Assembly: GCA_023459495.1 (NCBI GenBank)
Contig: JAEWTL010000038.1
Span: 113,321 to 177,320, forward strand
DNA length: 64,000 nucleotides
Origin: Bacillota bacterium
GTDB lineage: Bacteria; Bacillota; Clostridia; Christensenellales; SZUA-584
Direction: 5' to 3'
Part shown: positions 1 through 9,702 of the stretch, piece by piece
Layout of the letters: every line of letters begins with the position of its first letter
How positions within the stretch are numbered: the first letter of the stretch is position 1
The notes under the pieces: model-generated
Seen by the model: the letters and a program-made list of their open reading frames with translations, nothing else
What the model was told of the DNA's origin: nothing
Databases searched by the model: none
Made by a program: the position numbers and the translations under genes

Positions 1-875
1 AGTACAGAAAAGTGCTTCTCGACAGGCGCTTTTTCCATGGCAAAGGCGTACCGTCCGCCCTGAAAATGCTCGTGGGACAGGATGCTGCCGCCCACGATAG
101 GCAGATCGGCATTGGACCCTACAAAGTAATGCGGAAATTGCTCCACAAAGGAAAACAGCTTTTCAAATACCCGCCGGTCGATTACCATGGGCACATGCTT
201 TTGGTTGAGCACGATGCAATGCTCGTTGTAATACACATAAGGCGAATACTGAAAACCCCAAGCTTCGCCCGCTATCTCAATGGGGACGATACGCAAGCTC
301 TGCCGCGCCGGAAAATCGATGCGTCCGGCATAACCCTCATTCTCAACGCAGAGCAGGCAAGCGGGATAACCGCCCTGCTTCGCAAGCCTTGCCGCCGCAA
401 TATCCCGCGGATCCTTTTCCGGTTTGGCCAGGTTGATTGAGATATCCAGCTCGCCGTATTCCGTTTTCGTTTTCCAGTGTACATCCTTTGCGATGCGGTC
501 CCGGCGGATATAGTTGCTGTCCTGACAGAAGGCATAAAACCAGTCGGTCGCCGTTTGAGGCGACTCTTCATAAAGCAAACGGAAGTGCTCGTTTACGCGG
601 CTCGGGTAGGGCAAAAGCAGTCCCATCAGAGCGGTATCGAAGAGGTCACGGCTGGCGGCACTGTTCGTAATGCGCTTTGTGTCCACCGCATATTCCGTCA
701 GTGCAGACAGCGTCTCGGCCAGACTTCCGCCAAACGGAACGTCCGGCGCATGATAAGCCTCCAGCCCCAGCTTGTCCAGAATGAGGTTGCGGACAAAAAC
801 CGCATCCTCCGGTTCAATCCATTGGCGGTTGATTCCGTAAGCTACCAGCCTGTCAATATACGCCGCCTCAATCAT
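1..875 (-). CDS. galT: UDP-glucose--hexose-1-phosphate uridylyltransferase, type 2 (Firmicutes-type GalT). N-terminal part only; the 3' end runs off the left edge.
   Basis: Absent from the ORF track because it is open to the window edge. My reverse-strand translation from the ATG at 875-873 reads MIEAAYIDRLVAYGINRQW...GYPACLLCVENEGYAGR...YSPYVYYNEHCIVLN...GGSILSHEHFQGGR, which is the type-2 GalT pattern. Its start overlaps the galE stop as ATGA. Confidence 0.85.
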   Translation of the reverse strand, partial: MIEAAYIDRLVAYGINRQWIEPEDAVFVRNLILDKLGLEAYHAPDVPFGGSLAETLSALTEYAVDTKRITNSAASRDLFDTALMGLLLPYPSRVNEHFRLLYEESPQTATDWFYAFCQDSNYIRRDRIAKDVHWKTKTEYGELDISINLAKPEKDPRDIAAARLAKQGGYPACLLCVENEGYAGRIDFPARQSLRIVPIEIAGEAWGFQYSPYVYYNEHCIVLNQKHVPMVIDRRVFEKLFSFVEQFPHYFVGSNADLPIVGGSILSHEHFQGGRYAFAMEKAPVEKHFSV

Positions 876-1873
876 AATACGTTGTCCTCATAGCCATTCG
901 GATGCGTCCGGTGCCATTCCCACGCGGAGGCGATAATCGTATGGATGCCATCGCGGCTGGGTCTCCATCCGAGAATGCGTCGGGCCTTCTCACTGGACGC
1001 CACCAGCTGCGCCGGGTCACCCGGGCGGTACGGTACGATCTTTACGGCAATTGGCTTTCCCACCACCGCTTCCGCTGCTGAGATGACCTCTTTTACCGTA
1101 AAACCCACGCCGTTGCCAAGGTTAAACACGTCGCTCTCATTCCCTGCCAGCAGGTATTTTGCCGCCAGCACATGCGCGTCGGCCAAGTCCATTACATGAA
1201 TATAATCCCGTACACACGTACCATCCCGTGTTGGATAATCACCGCCAAAGACACTAACGAACGGCCTGCGTCCATTGGGCACCTGCAGGATGATCGGAAT
1301 GAGATGTGACTCTGGGTTGTGCGCTTCGCCGATCCTCCCGTTCTCATGCGCGCCGCAGGCGTTAAAGTATCGGAGCGCCACATATTTCAGGCCGCTGGTA
1401 GAGGCGCACCACCGCATCATATTCTCCATTGCCAGCTTCGTCTCGCCGTAAACATTGGTGGGCTTTGTTGCGTCGCTTTCCAGAATGGGGATGCCCGCCG
1501 GTTCGCCATAGACCGCTGCCGTAGAAGAAAAAACGATGCGGGATACGCCGTTCCGCAGCAGGGCGGAGAGCAGCGTCCGCGTACCGCCTACATTATTGTC
1601 ATAGTATTTCAACGGATTGGTCATACTTTCACCCACCTGTGAGTAAGCGGCAAAATGAACGACCGCGTCGATTTTCTCCTTTTGGAGGACGCTGTCCAGA
1701 AAGGCTTCGTCCCGGATGTCACCCTCATAAAGCCGTGCGTCCGGATGTACGGCTTGCCGGAAGCCGGTCTCCAGGTTGTCGATCACCACCACGTCCATAC
1801 CGCTTTCCAGCAAAGCATACACCGTATGCGAACCGATATATCCCGCGCCGCCAGTCACTAAAATTGTACTCAT
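872..1873 (-). CDS. galE: UDP-glucose 4-epimerase
   Basis: 333 aa. N-terminal Rossmann motif VTGGAGYIGSH and catalytic YxxxK (NVYGETKLAME). Sits between galK and galT. Confidence 0.93.
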   Translation of the reverse strand: MSTILVTGGAGYIGSHTVYALLESGMDVVVIDNLETGFRQAVHPDARLYEGDIRDEAFLDSVLQKEKIDAVVHFAAYSQVGESMTNPLKYYDNNVGGTRTLLSALLRNGVSRIVFSSTAAVYGEPAGIPILESDATKPTNVYGETKLAMENMMRWCASTSGLKYVALRYFNACGAHENGRIGEAHNPESHLIPIILQVPNGRRPFVSVFGGDYPTRDGTCVRDYIHVMDLADAHVLAAKYLLAGNESDVFNLGNGVGFTVKEVISAAEAVVGKPIAVKIVPYRPGDPAQLVASSEKARRILGWRPSRDGIHTIIASAWEWHRTHPNGYEDNVL

Positions 1874-1891
1874 TCTCAGCCTTTCTATTAG

Positions 1892-3172
1892 CTATTTCTT
1901 TGTCAGCTCATACCCGCCCACGGGCCGGATATTCAGCTTTTGGCAGGCGTTTTGACCAAATATCCCTCGCATGGTCTGCTCATATTTTTGACACAAGGGC
2001 TGGGGGACGAGCGCCTGTATGGTTCCTGCAAAGCCGCCGCCGTGAATGCGCCACGCGCCTTGACCTTTCAGAATGCGCGCGCTCATCGCCAATGCCAGCG
2101 CAACGCTCCGTTCTCCGGCATCCCCCGGCCACACATTCTGCAGCAGTTCCATGCTGGAACTGCCCGAAGCGTGCATCGCGGCCTTATAGCGTTCCACATC
2201 ATGCGCGCGTAGCGCGTCAGCCGCCGCTTCCACATGTCCATTCTCCGCAAAGAAGTGCATTGCGCGCAAAAGCGCCCGGTCGCTCACCTGTCCGCGCAGC
2301 GCTTTGACACCCGCATAAAAGGCTTCGGGCTCCACGCCGCGCAGCGCATCCTGTCCGAAGCGTGCCGCCACCGCGCGCATCTCAGCGGGTATAGCTGCAT
2401 ATTCGTCCGTCAGCTCCGCATGGCTACCGCCCGCGTCCACGACGTACAGGCTATGCCCCATCGCGCCAAAATCGCAGGCAATTGCATTCAACCCGGGTTT
2501 TGCCGGATCGAAAAAATCGATCTCCACCGCGCCGCCCACGGCGCATGCCGTCTGATCCATCAGGCCGCACGGCTTGCCAAAATAGACGTTTTCCGCGTAT
2601 TGTCCCGCCTGCGCCAGCACAATGGGCGGAATTTTGCCGCCGTTATAAAATCGGTTGAAAAGCTCCCCTATCAACACCTCAAAGGATGCGGAGGACGAAA
2701 GTCCGCTTCCCGCCGGGACGTCGGAAACGATGTACGCATCAAAACCCGCAACGGTATAGCCCAGTGAAGAAAGCCGCGATGCGACACCGCGCACCAAGGC
2801 GGCAGTTTTACCCACTTCTTCCGGACAGATGGAAAGGTCGGCAAACGAAATCTCCGTGTCCCCATATCCCGCGGAATGCATGCGGATGCAAGAAGTTCCG
2901 TTGGGCGCAGCAGCCGCCAGCATGTCCAGCATAACTGCGGCCGCCAGCACCCGGCCGCGCTGATGGTCGGTATGGTTGCCGCAAAGCTCCGTGCGTCCCG
3001 GCACGCTGATGATACGCGCAGGCTGTTCGCCAAAGCAGGCCTCAAAGGCCTTCACCGCCTTCGCGTAGCGCTTCGCCTGCCTGCTCGTTTTCCCCGCATA
3101 GAGCCAAGCCAGTTCCGCTTCCAGAGCGCCGCTTTCCAGTTGGGCGATCCACGCCTTGTTCTCGCTTTGCAT
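1892..3172 (-). CDS. galK: Galactokinase (GHMP kinase family)
   Basis: GRTELCGNHTDHQ is a galactokinase-signature variant and PAGSGLSSSAS is the GHMP ATP motif. I place the start at the internal Met (MQSENKAWIAQ, ATG at 3172) because GGAGG lies 9 nt upstream. The track start at 3271 would overlap the upstream ATPase gene. Confidence 0.88.
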   Translation of the reverse strand: MQSENKAWIAQLESGALEAELAWLYAGKTSRQAKRYAKAVKAFEACFGEQPARIISVPGRTELCGNHTDHQRGRVLAAAVMLDMLAAAAPNGTSCIRMHSAGYGDTEISFADLSICPEEVGKTAALVRGVASRLSSLGYTVAGFDAYIVSDVPAGSGLSSSASFEVLIGELFNRFYNGGKIPPIVLAQAGQYAENVYFGKPCGLMDQTACAVGGAVEIDFFDPAKPGLNAIACDFGAMGHSLYVVDAGGSHAELTDEYAAIPAEMRAVAARFGQDALRGVEPEAFYAGVKALRGQVSDRALLRAMHFFAENGHVEAAADALRAHDVERYKAAMHASGSSSMELLQNVWPGDAGERSVALALAMSARILKGQGAWRIHGGGFAGTIQALVPQPLCQKYEQTMRGIFGQNACQKLNIRPVGGYELTKK

Positions 3173-3267
3173 AACTTTCTGCCTCCAGGCTTTAAAATAA
3201 AAGGGATCCCCATGCTTTCCTGAACAGCGGTCAGCACGCCGGATCCCCTGGAATCCCTTGGGATCAT

Positions 3268-4461
3268 TCATCCAATCAAATTTGCGCCGCTGTGTTTATC
3301 AAACAAATGGATTGCATTGCCGCTGAAGGTGAATCCAGCCTTTGCGCCGTAAGCAAAGCGCCCCTGATGCGCGCCGGAAAGCTCCAGCGTCGGTACGATG
3401 ACGACCATATCCTTGCCCGCGGCGTTCACGTGCAGATGGATGGAGCTGCCCATCATCTCAGACACGTCGACCGTGGCGACAATGTCCGCCCGCGCTTCGT
3501 CCTCGCACAGTATGATATGCTCCGGACGGATGCCCAGCGTGATATCCTGCGGCTGCACCCCGCGTTCCGCCAGTGCCTGCTGCTTCTCCGCCGAAACAGT
3601 TATCTTTGAGCTGTTCAGCAGCACATAGCAGCCCGAGCCGTCCTTCTCCAGCCGCGCGTCAAAAAAGTTCATCTGCGGCGAACCGATGAACCCAGCCACA
3701 AACAGGTTCGCCGGATGGTTGAACACCTCCTGCGGCGTGCCGATCTGCTGAATAAACCCATCCTTCATGACCACAATACGGTCGCCCAAAGTCATGGCCT
3801 CTGTCTGGTCGTGCGTCACATAGATGAACGTCGTATCCACCTTTTGCCGCAGCTTGATGATCTCTGCGCGCATCTGGTTCCGGAGCTTTGCATCCAGATT
3901 GGAAAGCGGCTCATCCATCAAAAACACCTTCGGATGGCGGACGATGGCCCGGCCGATCGCCACGCGCTGCCGCTGCCCGCCCGAAAGCGCCTTGGGCTTG
4001 CGATTCAGATAGGGCGTTATGTCCAAGGTCTCCGCCGCCTCACGCACCTTTCGGTCCACTTCGTCCTTGGGTGTTTTATGCAGCTTAAGCGCAAACGCCA
4101 TGTTTTCATATACGGTCATATGAGGATACAGCGCATAATTCTGAAAAACCATCGCAATATCCCGGTCCTTGGGAGCGACATCGTTCATCACGTGGTCATC
4201 AATATATAAGTCCCCCTCGGATATTTCCTCCAAGCCCGCGATCATGCGCAGGGTGGTGGATTTGCCGCAGCCGGACGGCCCGACCAGCACGATGAATTCC
4301 TTATCGGCGATTTCCAGATTGAATTCCTGCACGGCGACCACGCCCTGCTCCGTAACCTGCAGATTGGCCTTGCCCTCGGAGTCTGTCATGCCCTTCTTAC
4401 GCTTGGCCTCTCCGGCAAGGGGATAGATCTTTTTAACGTTTTTCAGTATTACATTCGCCAT
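3268..4461 (-). CDS. Carbohydrate ABC transporter ATP-binding protein (MsmK/MsmX/UgpC-like)
   Basis: Walker A GPSGCGKST, signature LSGGQRQRVAIGRA, Walker B FLMDEPLSNLD, and a MalK-like C-terminal regulatory domain. Start set at MANVILKNV (ATG at 4461), which has AGGAAGG upstream. Confidence 0.9.
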   Translation of the reverse strand: MANVILKNVKKIYPLAGEAKRKKGMTDSEGKANLQVTEQGVVAVQEFNLEIADKEFIVLVGPSGCGKSTTLRMIAGLEEISEGDLYIDDHVMNDVAPKDRDIAMVFQNYALYPHMTVYENMAFALKLHKTPKDEVDRKVREAAETLDITPYLNRKPKALSGGQRQRVAIGRAIVRHPKVFLMDEPLSNLDAKLRNQMRAEIIKLRQKVDTTFIYVTHDQTEAMTLGDRIVVMKDGFIQQIGTPQEVFNHPANLFVAGFIGSPQMNFFDARLEKDGSGCYVLLNSSKITVSAEKQQALAERGVQPQDITLGIRPEHIILCEDEARADIVATVDVSEMMGSSIHLHVNAAGKDMVVIVPTLELSGAHQGRFAYGAKAGFTFSGNAIHLFDKHSGANLIG

Positions 4462-4508
4462 GTCACTAAGCCTTCCTGTCCGATTATTCATTCAAATGCC
4501 GCATGCCC

Positions 4509-5174
4509 TCATTGGCGCAGCAAAAACGCACCGATTTTGTCCGCCAGTATTTCATGTCCCGCGTCGTTGGGATGCAGTCCGTCCGGGCAGTATCGCTGTT
4601 TGATCACAGGCACCCTGGTCTGCAGGCCGCTCTGCGCAAACAGATCCAGCACCGGCAGGGAATAATACTCTGCAACCTGCCGGATGATGCCGACATACGT
4701 GCTCAGCGGAGCGCCCGGGAATGCCTTGTTTCCATCGCCACGTGGATCATCCTCGTTTTCCCGATGAAGCGGGGTCAATATCACGATCAGCGCACCGGGA
4801 TAGCGCTCAATCAGCCGGGTATACAGCACATGGCATGCGCCGTAAAATGTATCGCTGGTCCGATCCGAAAACGATCCCAGCGACGCGTCCCCGTGGCCAA
4901 AGTCATTGGTTCCACCAAACACGACGACGATATCGGCGTTGGCCTCCATCTCGCACACGCGCGAACAAAAGTCGCGGTCGCATCGTGGGTCCTCCGAGGG
5001 CTGCGATTGCCGGGCATACCGCGTGCCGCCGATTCCGTAGTTCCGCGCTGCCGCAAGCCCTAACCGCCGCTTAAGGATATCCGTGAAGCGCTGTTTGTCG
5101 CTGCTGGTCCCCACACCTTCCGTAATGCTGTCCCCAAGAAAATTGATTCTTTTCCCGTTAAGCTCCATTCCCAT
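4509..5174 (-). CDS. SGNH/GDSL-family hydrolase (probable carbohydrate esterase)
   Basis: Block I FLGDSITEG, block III GGTNDF, block V DGLHPN. No signal peptide. The exact start is uncertain (Met1 or Met3). Confidence 0.8.
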   Translation of the reverse strand: MGMELNGKRINFLGDSITEGVGTSSDKQRFTDILKRRLGLAAARNYGIGGTRYARQSQPSEDPRCDRDFCSRVCEMEANADIVVVFGGTNDFGHGDASLGSFSDRTSDTFYGACHVLYTRLIERYPGALIVILTPLHRENEDDPRGDGNKAFPGAPLSTYVGIIRQVAEYYSLPVLDLFAQSGLQTRVPVIKQRYCPDGLHPNDAGHEILADKIGAFLLRQ

Positions 5175-5880
5175 CTCCCTTTACGTCCCGATCGTTCAGC
5201 AGGATATATGATGCGGTCATGCGCACCACCGCCGGCATACCCAATAAGATGGCAAACACCGCTACATACGGATACGCCATGCAGGCAAGAAGCCAAACTG
5301 CCTGCAGTAGCCCCGCAAAGAAGCTGGCTTTTCCACCACGCAGCGCATTGACTGCGGATTTTTGCAGCAAACCGCCTCGTTCTCCGGATATCAGCAAAGA
5401 TGAAAGGTGCGGCAACAAGCTGCACAACAGCAACGCTGCGGCCATCGCGCAGGCCATAATCACTGCCTTCATCGCACTGTTTGTCACCAGCGCAAAATAC
5501 GCGGGATACACCACGACAATGCCGACAACGATCAGCGCGAATGAGAGGGCGAGGCCGCGCCGCCAGTGCTTCCGGTACGTTGGAAAAAAGCGGGGAAGCT
5601 CAGCGCGGGCACATCCGGCGGCGACTTTGTCTGTCACTTCATATAACGCCAGCATGGCAGGCCCAACGGGGATCAAAAGCATCAGCCACGCCAGCAAAAA
5701 CAGCCATGCGTTGAAAATAAAGAATATAACAATGCAAACGTACGCCGGAAGCACCACCGGCAGATAACCCAGGTTCGTCTTAAAAAGCTCCCAGCTGTAG
5801 TCCGTCAGCCGGGCCCACCAGCCCAGAAACGATTTCTCCTGCTTACCATTGCCGTCATACGTTTGCCCTGTGTCCTTCAT
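5158..5880 (-). CDS. DUF624/YesL-like integral membrane protein
   Basis: 240 aa with several hydrophobic helices. Its ATGA overlap with the GH2 stop and its position inside a sugar ABC locus are typical of YesL-type proteins. Confidence 0.6.
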   Translation of the reverse strand: MKDTGQTYDGNGKQEKSFLGWWARLTDYSWELFKTNLGYLPVVLPAYVCIVIFFIFNAWLFLLAWLMLLIPVGPAMLALYEVTDKVAAGCARAELPRFFPTYRKHWRRGLALSFALIVVGIVVVYPAYFALVTNSAMKAVIMACAMAAALLLCSLLPHLSSLLISGERGGLLQKSAVNALRGGKASFFAGLLQAVWLLACMAYPYVAVFAILLGMPAVVRMTASYILLNDRDVKGDGNGA

Positions 5881-7634
5881 ACCTTCTCCGCTTTGATGGA
5901 TCTGGACGGCTTGCCGTCGTTGATTTCTTTGATCATGGCCAAGGGGATTTTGGGTTCGTGCTCATAGGTGAGCAGCCCATTTTGCTCCGTACCGACATCG
6001 GCCAGCTGGGTATAGCAATACCCCTGAACATAGCCGGAGCTGTGCAGCGCATGGACAAGCCCCTTAAAATGGGCCACAAAGCTATCCAACGTCTTGTCTT
6101 CAGAGTACCCCCAGGAATTTTCTCTGGAGTCACCCTGTGCAAAGCGTATGCCGCCGAACTCGCTTACGATGATGGGTTCGCTGCCGTACTCGCCGCCGCC
6201 TACATACAGCTTCTTACCATTGGGCAGGAATTCCATTATGCTCTTCAGGTTGGCATAGCGTTCCTCAATCACCGCCGCAACCGCCGCATAATCGTGAATG
6301 GTCAGCACATCGCTGCAGGTATGCTCCCACCCATCGTTATCAATCACCACGCGCGTGCTGTCCAGTGATTTTGTAATGTGATAAAGCGCCCGGCTGTGTC
6401 CCTGCTGCAATTTACTCTTGTGGATCTCCTGTACGCCCCACGATTCGTTCAGCGGAACCCATGCCACGATACAAGGATGATTATAATCCCGCTGAACAGC
6501 AGCCGTCCACTCCCTGTACATCCTTATCGCGTACTCTTCCGAATACAGATAGGCGGCTCCAATCTCACCCCAGACCAGCAGACCCATGCGGTCGGCATGG
6601 TAAAGGAAACGAGGGTCTTCCACCTTCTGATGCTTGCGGACGCCGTTAAAGCCCATTGCCTTCACCGCTTCAATATCCTTGATAAAAGCGTCGTCCGTGG
6701 GCGCGGTCATCAGCGACTCCGGCCAGTAACCCTGATCCAGCACCAGCTTTTGATAATATGGCCGGTTATTGAGCATGAACACATTATTCTCCACCGATAC
6801 CTTGCGCATGCCGAAATAAGAACCTACCGTATCCTCCTTTCGCCCTTCGCTGTAGACGTTGAACACGACGTCAAACAGCCGCGGGGTTTCCGGAGCCCAC
6901 GCGAGATCCTCGTAGAAGTTCCACGCCAGCAGCGCAGGCTGGTCGAGGTTAACCGTCAGCGAACCCTTGGGGCTTTGCGGTTGCACGGAAACGCTGGTCA
7001 CCGAAACGCCCTGAAAGGATATCTGGATTTCCAGCGTAAGGCCTTTGCCGCCGCAAAGCCTATAGTCAAATTTGATCGCTTTTTCGTCGAACAGCGGCGT
7101 CATCCGCACAGAATGCAGATGCGTAGTCGGCACGGCCTCCAACCAAACGCTCTGCCATATGCCGGTCGTATGCGTATAGAATATACTGCGGGGCTTTTCC
7201 TCCCAAAACTGCTTGCCCCGCGGCATTTCCAGGTCGGAGTGGTCGTCCTCCGCCTTCACCACCAGAACGTTGCTTTTATCGAAGTGCGCCGCGCCGGTGA
7301 TATCCGCGGAAAACCCGGTTTGTCCGCCGGTATGCTCCGCAACCAGCGCGCCGTTGACCCACACCTTGCAGGAATAATCCACCGCGCCGAAGTGCAACAG
7401 CAAAAGGTCTCCCTGCATGGCGGATGGAATATCAAATTCCTTCCGGTACCATACCGTACGGTGAAATTCGCTGTTGCCCAGCCCGGACAGCTTGCTTTCA
7501 TAGGAAAACGGTACATTTATTTTTTTATCGAACCCGTCATTGTCGAATGAGAAGTCCCATTCCCCGTTCAGCGATAGCCAGCTGTCTCGCACAAAGTCCG
7601 GCCTCGGGTATTCATTCCTGCTGATGTTGGTCAT
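5877..7634 (-). CDS. Glycoside hydrolase family 2 (beta-galactosidase-like), cytoplasmic
   Basis: 585 aa. GH2 sugar-binding region (WYRKEF, VWVNGALVAEHTGGQTGFSADIT), acid/base region NHPCIVAWVPLNESWG, nucleophile region IIVSEFGG. No signal peptide. Confidence 0.85.
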   Translation of the reverse strand: MTNISRNEYPRPDFVRDSWLSLNGEWDFSFDNDGFDKKINVPFSYESKLSGLGNSEFHRTVWYRKEFDIPSAMQGDLLLLHFGAVDYSCKVWVNGALVAEHTGGQTGFSADITGAAHFDKSNVLVVKAEDDHSDLEMPRGKQFWEEKPRSIFYTHTTGIWQSVWLEAVPTTHLHSVRMTPLFDEKAIKFDYRLCGGKGLTLEIQISFQGVSVTSVSVQPQSPKGSLTVNLDQPALLAWNFYEDLAWAPETPRLFDVVFNVYSEGRKEDTVGSYFGMRKVSVENNVFMLNNRPYYQKLVLDQGYWPESLMTAPTDDAFIKDIEAVKAMGFNGVRKHQKVEDPRFLYHADRMGLLVWGEIGAAYLYSEEYAIRMYREWTAAVQRDYNHPCIVAWVPLNESWGVQEIHKSKLQQGHSRALYHITKSLDSTRVVIDNDGWEHTCSDVLTIHDYAAVAAVIEERYANLKSIMEFLPNGKKLYVGGGEYGSEPIIVSEFGGIRFAQGDSRENSWGYSEDKTLDSFVAHFKGLVHALHSSGYVQGYCYTQLADVGTEQNGLLTYEHEPKIPLAMIKEINDGKPSRSIKAEKV

Positions 7635-7662
7635 TTTGCCCTCCGATGTAGTATTCTTAAAT

Positions 7663-9687
7663 TTATTGATACGTCATGATAAACGTAGCATCCGCCTGGT
7701 CCAGCGCTGTCGATATCTGCGAGATGATGAGATAGCTGTTGTAATGACGCATGTAGATACCGCTAAAATTGTATGTCTCAAAGGACACGCCGCTGGAGCT
7801 GGCAAGGCCGGTGTGCATTCTCCAGGTAGCGTCCTCCCAGAATACCTGTGTGCCATTGTTTTGCGATATGATGACATTTCCATTGTAATGGCGCAGGTAG
7901 TAGCCCGGATTATCCACCGACTCAAATGAGATGCAGCTCGAATCCGCAAGCCCCGGTACGATGCGCCACTGTGAACTGAAAAGCGACATCGTGGTGGAAG
8001 CGTTGGCAATCAGCGCGCTGCCCGAAGAGTTATGGTATATATGGCAGTCGCTGATGTTGTAGGAACGGATCCGGGCGATCTCGTAGATCCTTTCCAGGGT
8101 CCATTTCTGCGTATTGCTGGCGCTCGATGCATTCTGAACAACATATGTGTGCAGTGCCGTAGACTGGTTCTCCGTGTCGAGATAGAGCCCACTGCTTTCA
8201 TTCTGTATCTTGAAATGGCCGCTCCCGTCCGGAATGAACTTCCACCGCTGTGCCGCGGAATAGTTTTTATCCCACTGCACAATTCTAGTACCGCTCTGCT
8301 GCGACCCGTTGGGGTTATCGAGTGCCAGATCGCTGAAATTGCAGATCAGCGAGAAGTATTCACCCGTTATATTTTTGGTATGCCAGCTTTGAGTATGGTA
8401 CCCGTTATCACTCCACAGGATCATTTCGTTTCCCCAATCCATGGAGCCGCCGGCATCGTCAATACAGTAACCTGATGCAACATTGACAAGCTTATAATCA
8501 GCGCCGTCGATGATCAGCTGACTTCCATACAGCATCCCTGTGCCGCAGCGAATCTCGTTATAGGAACCGTTGTAATAGTTGTTGACCTCAATCAGCCTGC
8601 TGCCGTCAGCCACAAACGTTCCGCTCCAGCTGCTCGCCACCGATTCCTTCCTGACAGCGGTCAGCGGTGCATCGATCAGCTGCCACGTCTGGCCCGCATC
8701 CGTAGACGTATAGCACAGGCTGGGAGAGCAGGTGTCGTTCATGCCGCGCAGGAAGATGCGGCCATACGTGCTGCCGTCATCAATACAGGCGATTTCCGGG
8801 CATTGATACGCCGATGTGCCGGATGCCGCAACCGTGTTGCCCAGCGTCGTGATGCTGCCCCAATTGATGCCGTCCGAAGAAGTCCGGCAGGAGATGATGC
8901 CGCCGTGCCCGCCCGCGATGTTCTCATACGCCATAAAGTATGTGCCGTTGCTTAGCTGCCTGACGCGGGGCATGCCGGGCCGCCATAGCGATGGGTCCAC
9001 GCCGCGCACCCAATCCGCATCATATTCGCCCGCAATGATCGTATAGTTGCCCCAGGTCACTCCCCCATCCGACGAGGTCTCCAGCGCAATACACTGGTCA
9101 TACCCCGCCTGCCGCTCATCTGAGTAATAGCAGACCAGCTGTCCGGTACTGCTGATTGCAAATTCGGGTTCCCATACGCTCTGGCTTCCTCCTCTTGCCG
9201 CCAGATTGCTGTGGAGCGTCCACGTCGCGCCGTTGTCGGTGCTTTTCCATATGTGAATGCAGTAAGTCGCGTTGACGTCCCAATCGGAGGTCGCAAAGAG
9301 CACCGTGCCTGCCGAGAGATTCCCCAAAGACTGGGTAAGCACGAACATGCCCGGCATTCCCATTTTGTTTCTTGAGAGCCCTGCGTAATTGGAGGGATCC
9401 AGTTCGCTGACATAGGACCATGTTTTCCCCTGATCGGAGCTTTTATAAAAATAGAAGCTCTTCATTCCGGTCCAGTTCGTGGTGATCGGAAATTCCCGCT
9501 GCCATGTGGCCAGCAGGTCTCCGTTGGGCAACTGGACAACCCGCTCATAGAAGCACTGGTCGTCCGTGGTGTTTCCATAGATCGTCATACCATCCGCATC
9601 ATCAGCCAAAGCGGAAGTTAAGGGCAGCGTCGCAAGCATCACTAAGGTGACGAGCATCGAGAGAAGCCTTTTTGCACGTGGTTTCAT
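7663..9687 (-). CDS. Secreted BNR/Asp-box beta-propeller glycosidase-like protein with ricin-B (CBM13) and AbfB (CBM42) lectin domains
   Basis: Signal peptide MKPRAKRLLSMLVTLVMLATLPLTSALA. Five Asp-box repeats (SSDQGKTW, STDNGATW, SSDGGVTW, SSDGINW, STDAGQTW). QxW motifs (AQRWKF, TQKWTL). C-terminal AbfB-like segment (WRIVPGLADSSCISFESVDNPGYYLRHYNGNV...SGVSFETYNFSGIYMRHYNSYL). Confidence 0.75.
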   Translation of the reverse strand: MKPRAKRLLSMLVTLVMLATLPLTSALADDADGMTIYGNTTDDQCFYERVVQLPNGDLLATWQREFPITTNWTGMKSFYFYKSSDQGKTWSYVSELDPSNYAGLSRNKMGMPGMFVLTQSLGNLSAGTVLFATSDWDVNATYCIHIWKSTDNGATWTLHSNLAARGGSQSVWEPEFAISSTGQLVCYYSDERQAGYDQCIALETSSDGGVTWGNYTIIAGEYDADWVRGVDPSLWRPGMPRVRQLSNGTYFMAYENIAGGHGGIISCRTSSDGINWGSITTLGNTVAASGTSAYQCPEIACIDDGSTYGRIFLRGMNDTCSPSLCYTSTDAGQTWQLIDAPLTAVRKESVASSWSGTFVADGSRLIEVNNYYNGSYNEIRCGTGMLYGSQLIIDGADYKLVNVASGYCIDDAGGSMDWGNEMILWSDNGYHTQSWHTKNITGEYFSLICNFSDLALDNPNGSQQSGTRIVQWDKNYSAAQRWKFIPDGSGHFKIQNESSGLYLDTENQSTALHTYVVQNASSASNTQKWTLERIYEIARIRSYNISDCHIYHNSSGSALIANASTTMSLFSSQWRIVPGLADSSCISFESVDNPGYYLRHYNGNVIISQNNGTQVFWEDATWRMHTGLASSSGVSFETYNFSGIYMRHYNSYLIISQISTALDQADATFIMTYQ

Positions 9688-9702
9688 TTTGTATACCTCC
9701 TT

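Noticed and set aside
3173-3271. N-terminal extensions in the ORF track: galK from 3271, E1 beta from 21773, transketolase B from 26838, ArsR regulator from 15200, ilvB from 42971, ridA from 45191, propeller paralog 3 from 58733, ABC ATPase from 4491, porD from 25217.
   Set aside because: In each case an internal Met is preceded by a GGAGG-like RBS at proper spacing and aligns with the usual family N-terminus. The extension also overlaps the upstream gene, a terminator or AT-rich promoter DNA.
6378-7550. Long antisense ORFs opposite well-supported genes: 6378-7550 (+), 13622-14908 (+), 20016-21629 (+), 21673-22851 (+), 28719-29807 (+), 48772-49557 (-), 53308-54126 (-), 54736-55608 (-), 59177-59968 (-), 60868-62457 (-), 62695-63453 (-).
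   Set aside because: Each lies fully inside a gene on the other strand that has clear family motifs. Their translations are Arg/His/Ala/Gly-rich and low in complexity, with no recognisable motifs. This is the typical shadow-ORF behaviour of GC-rich coding DNA.
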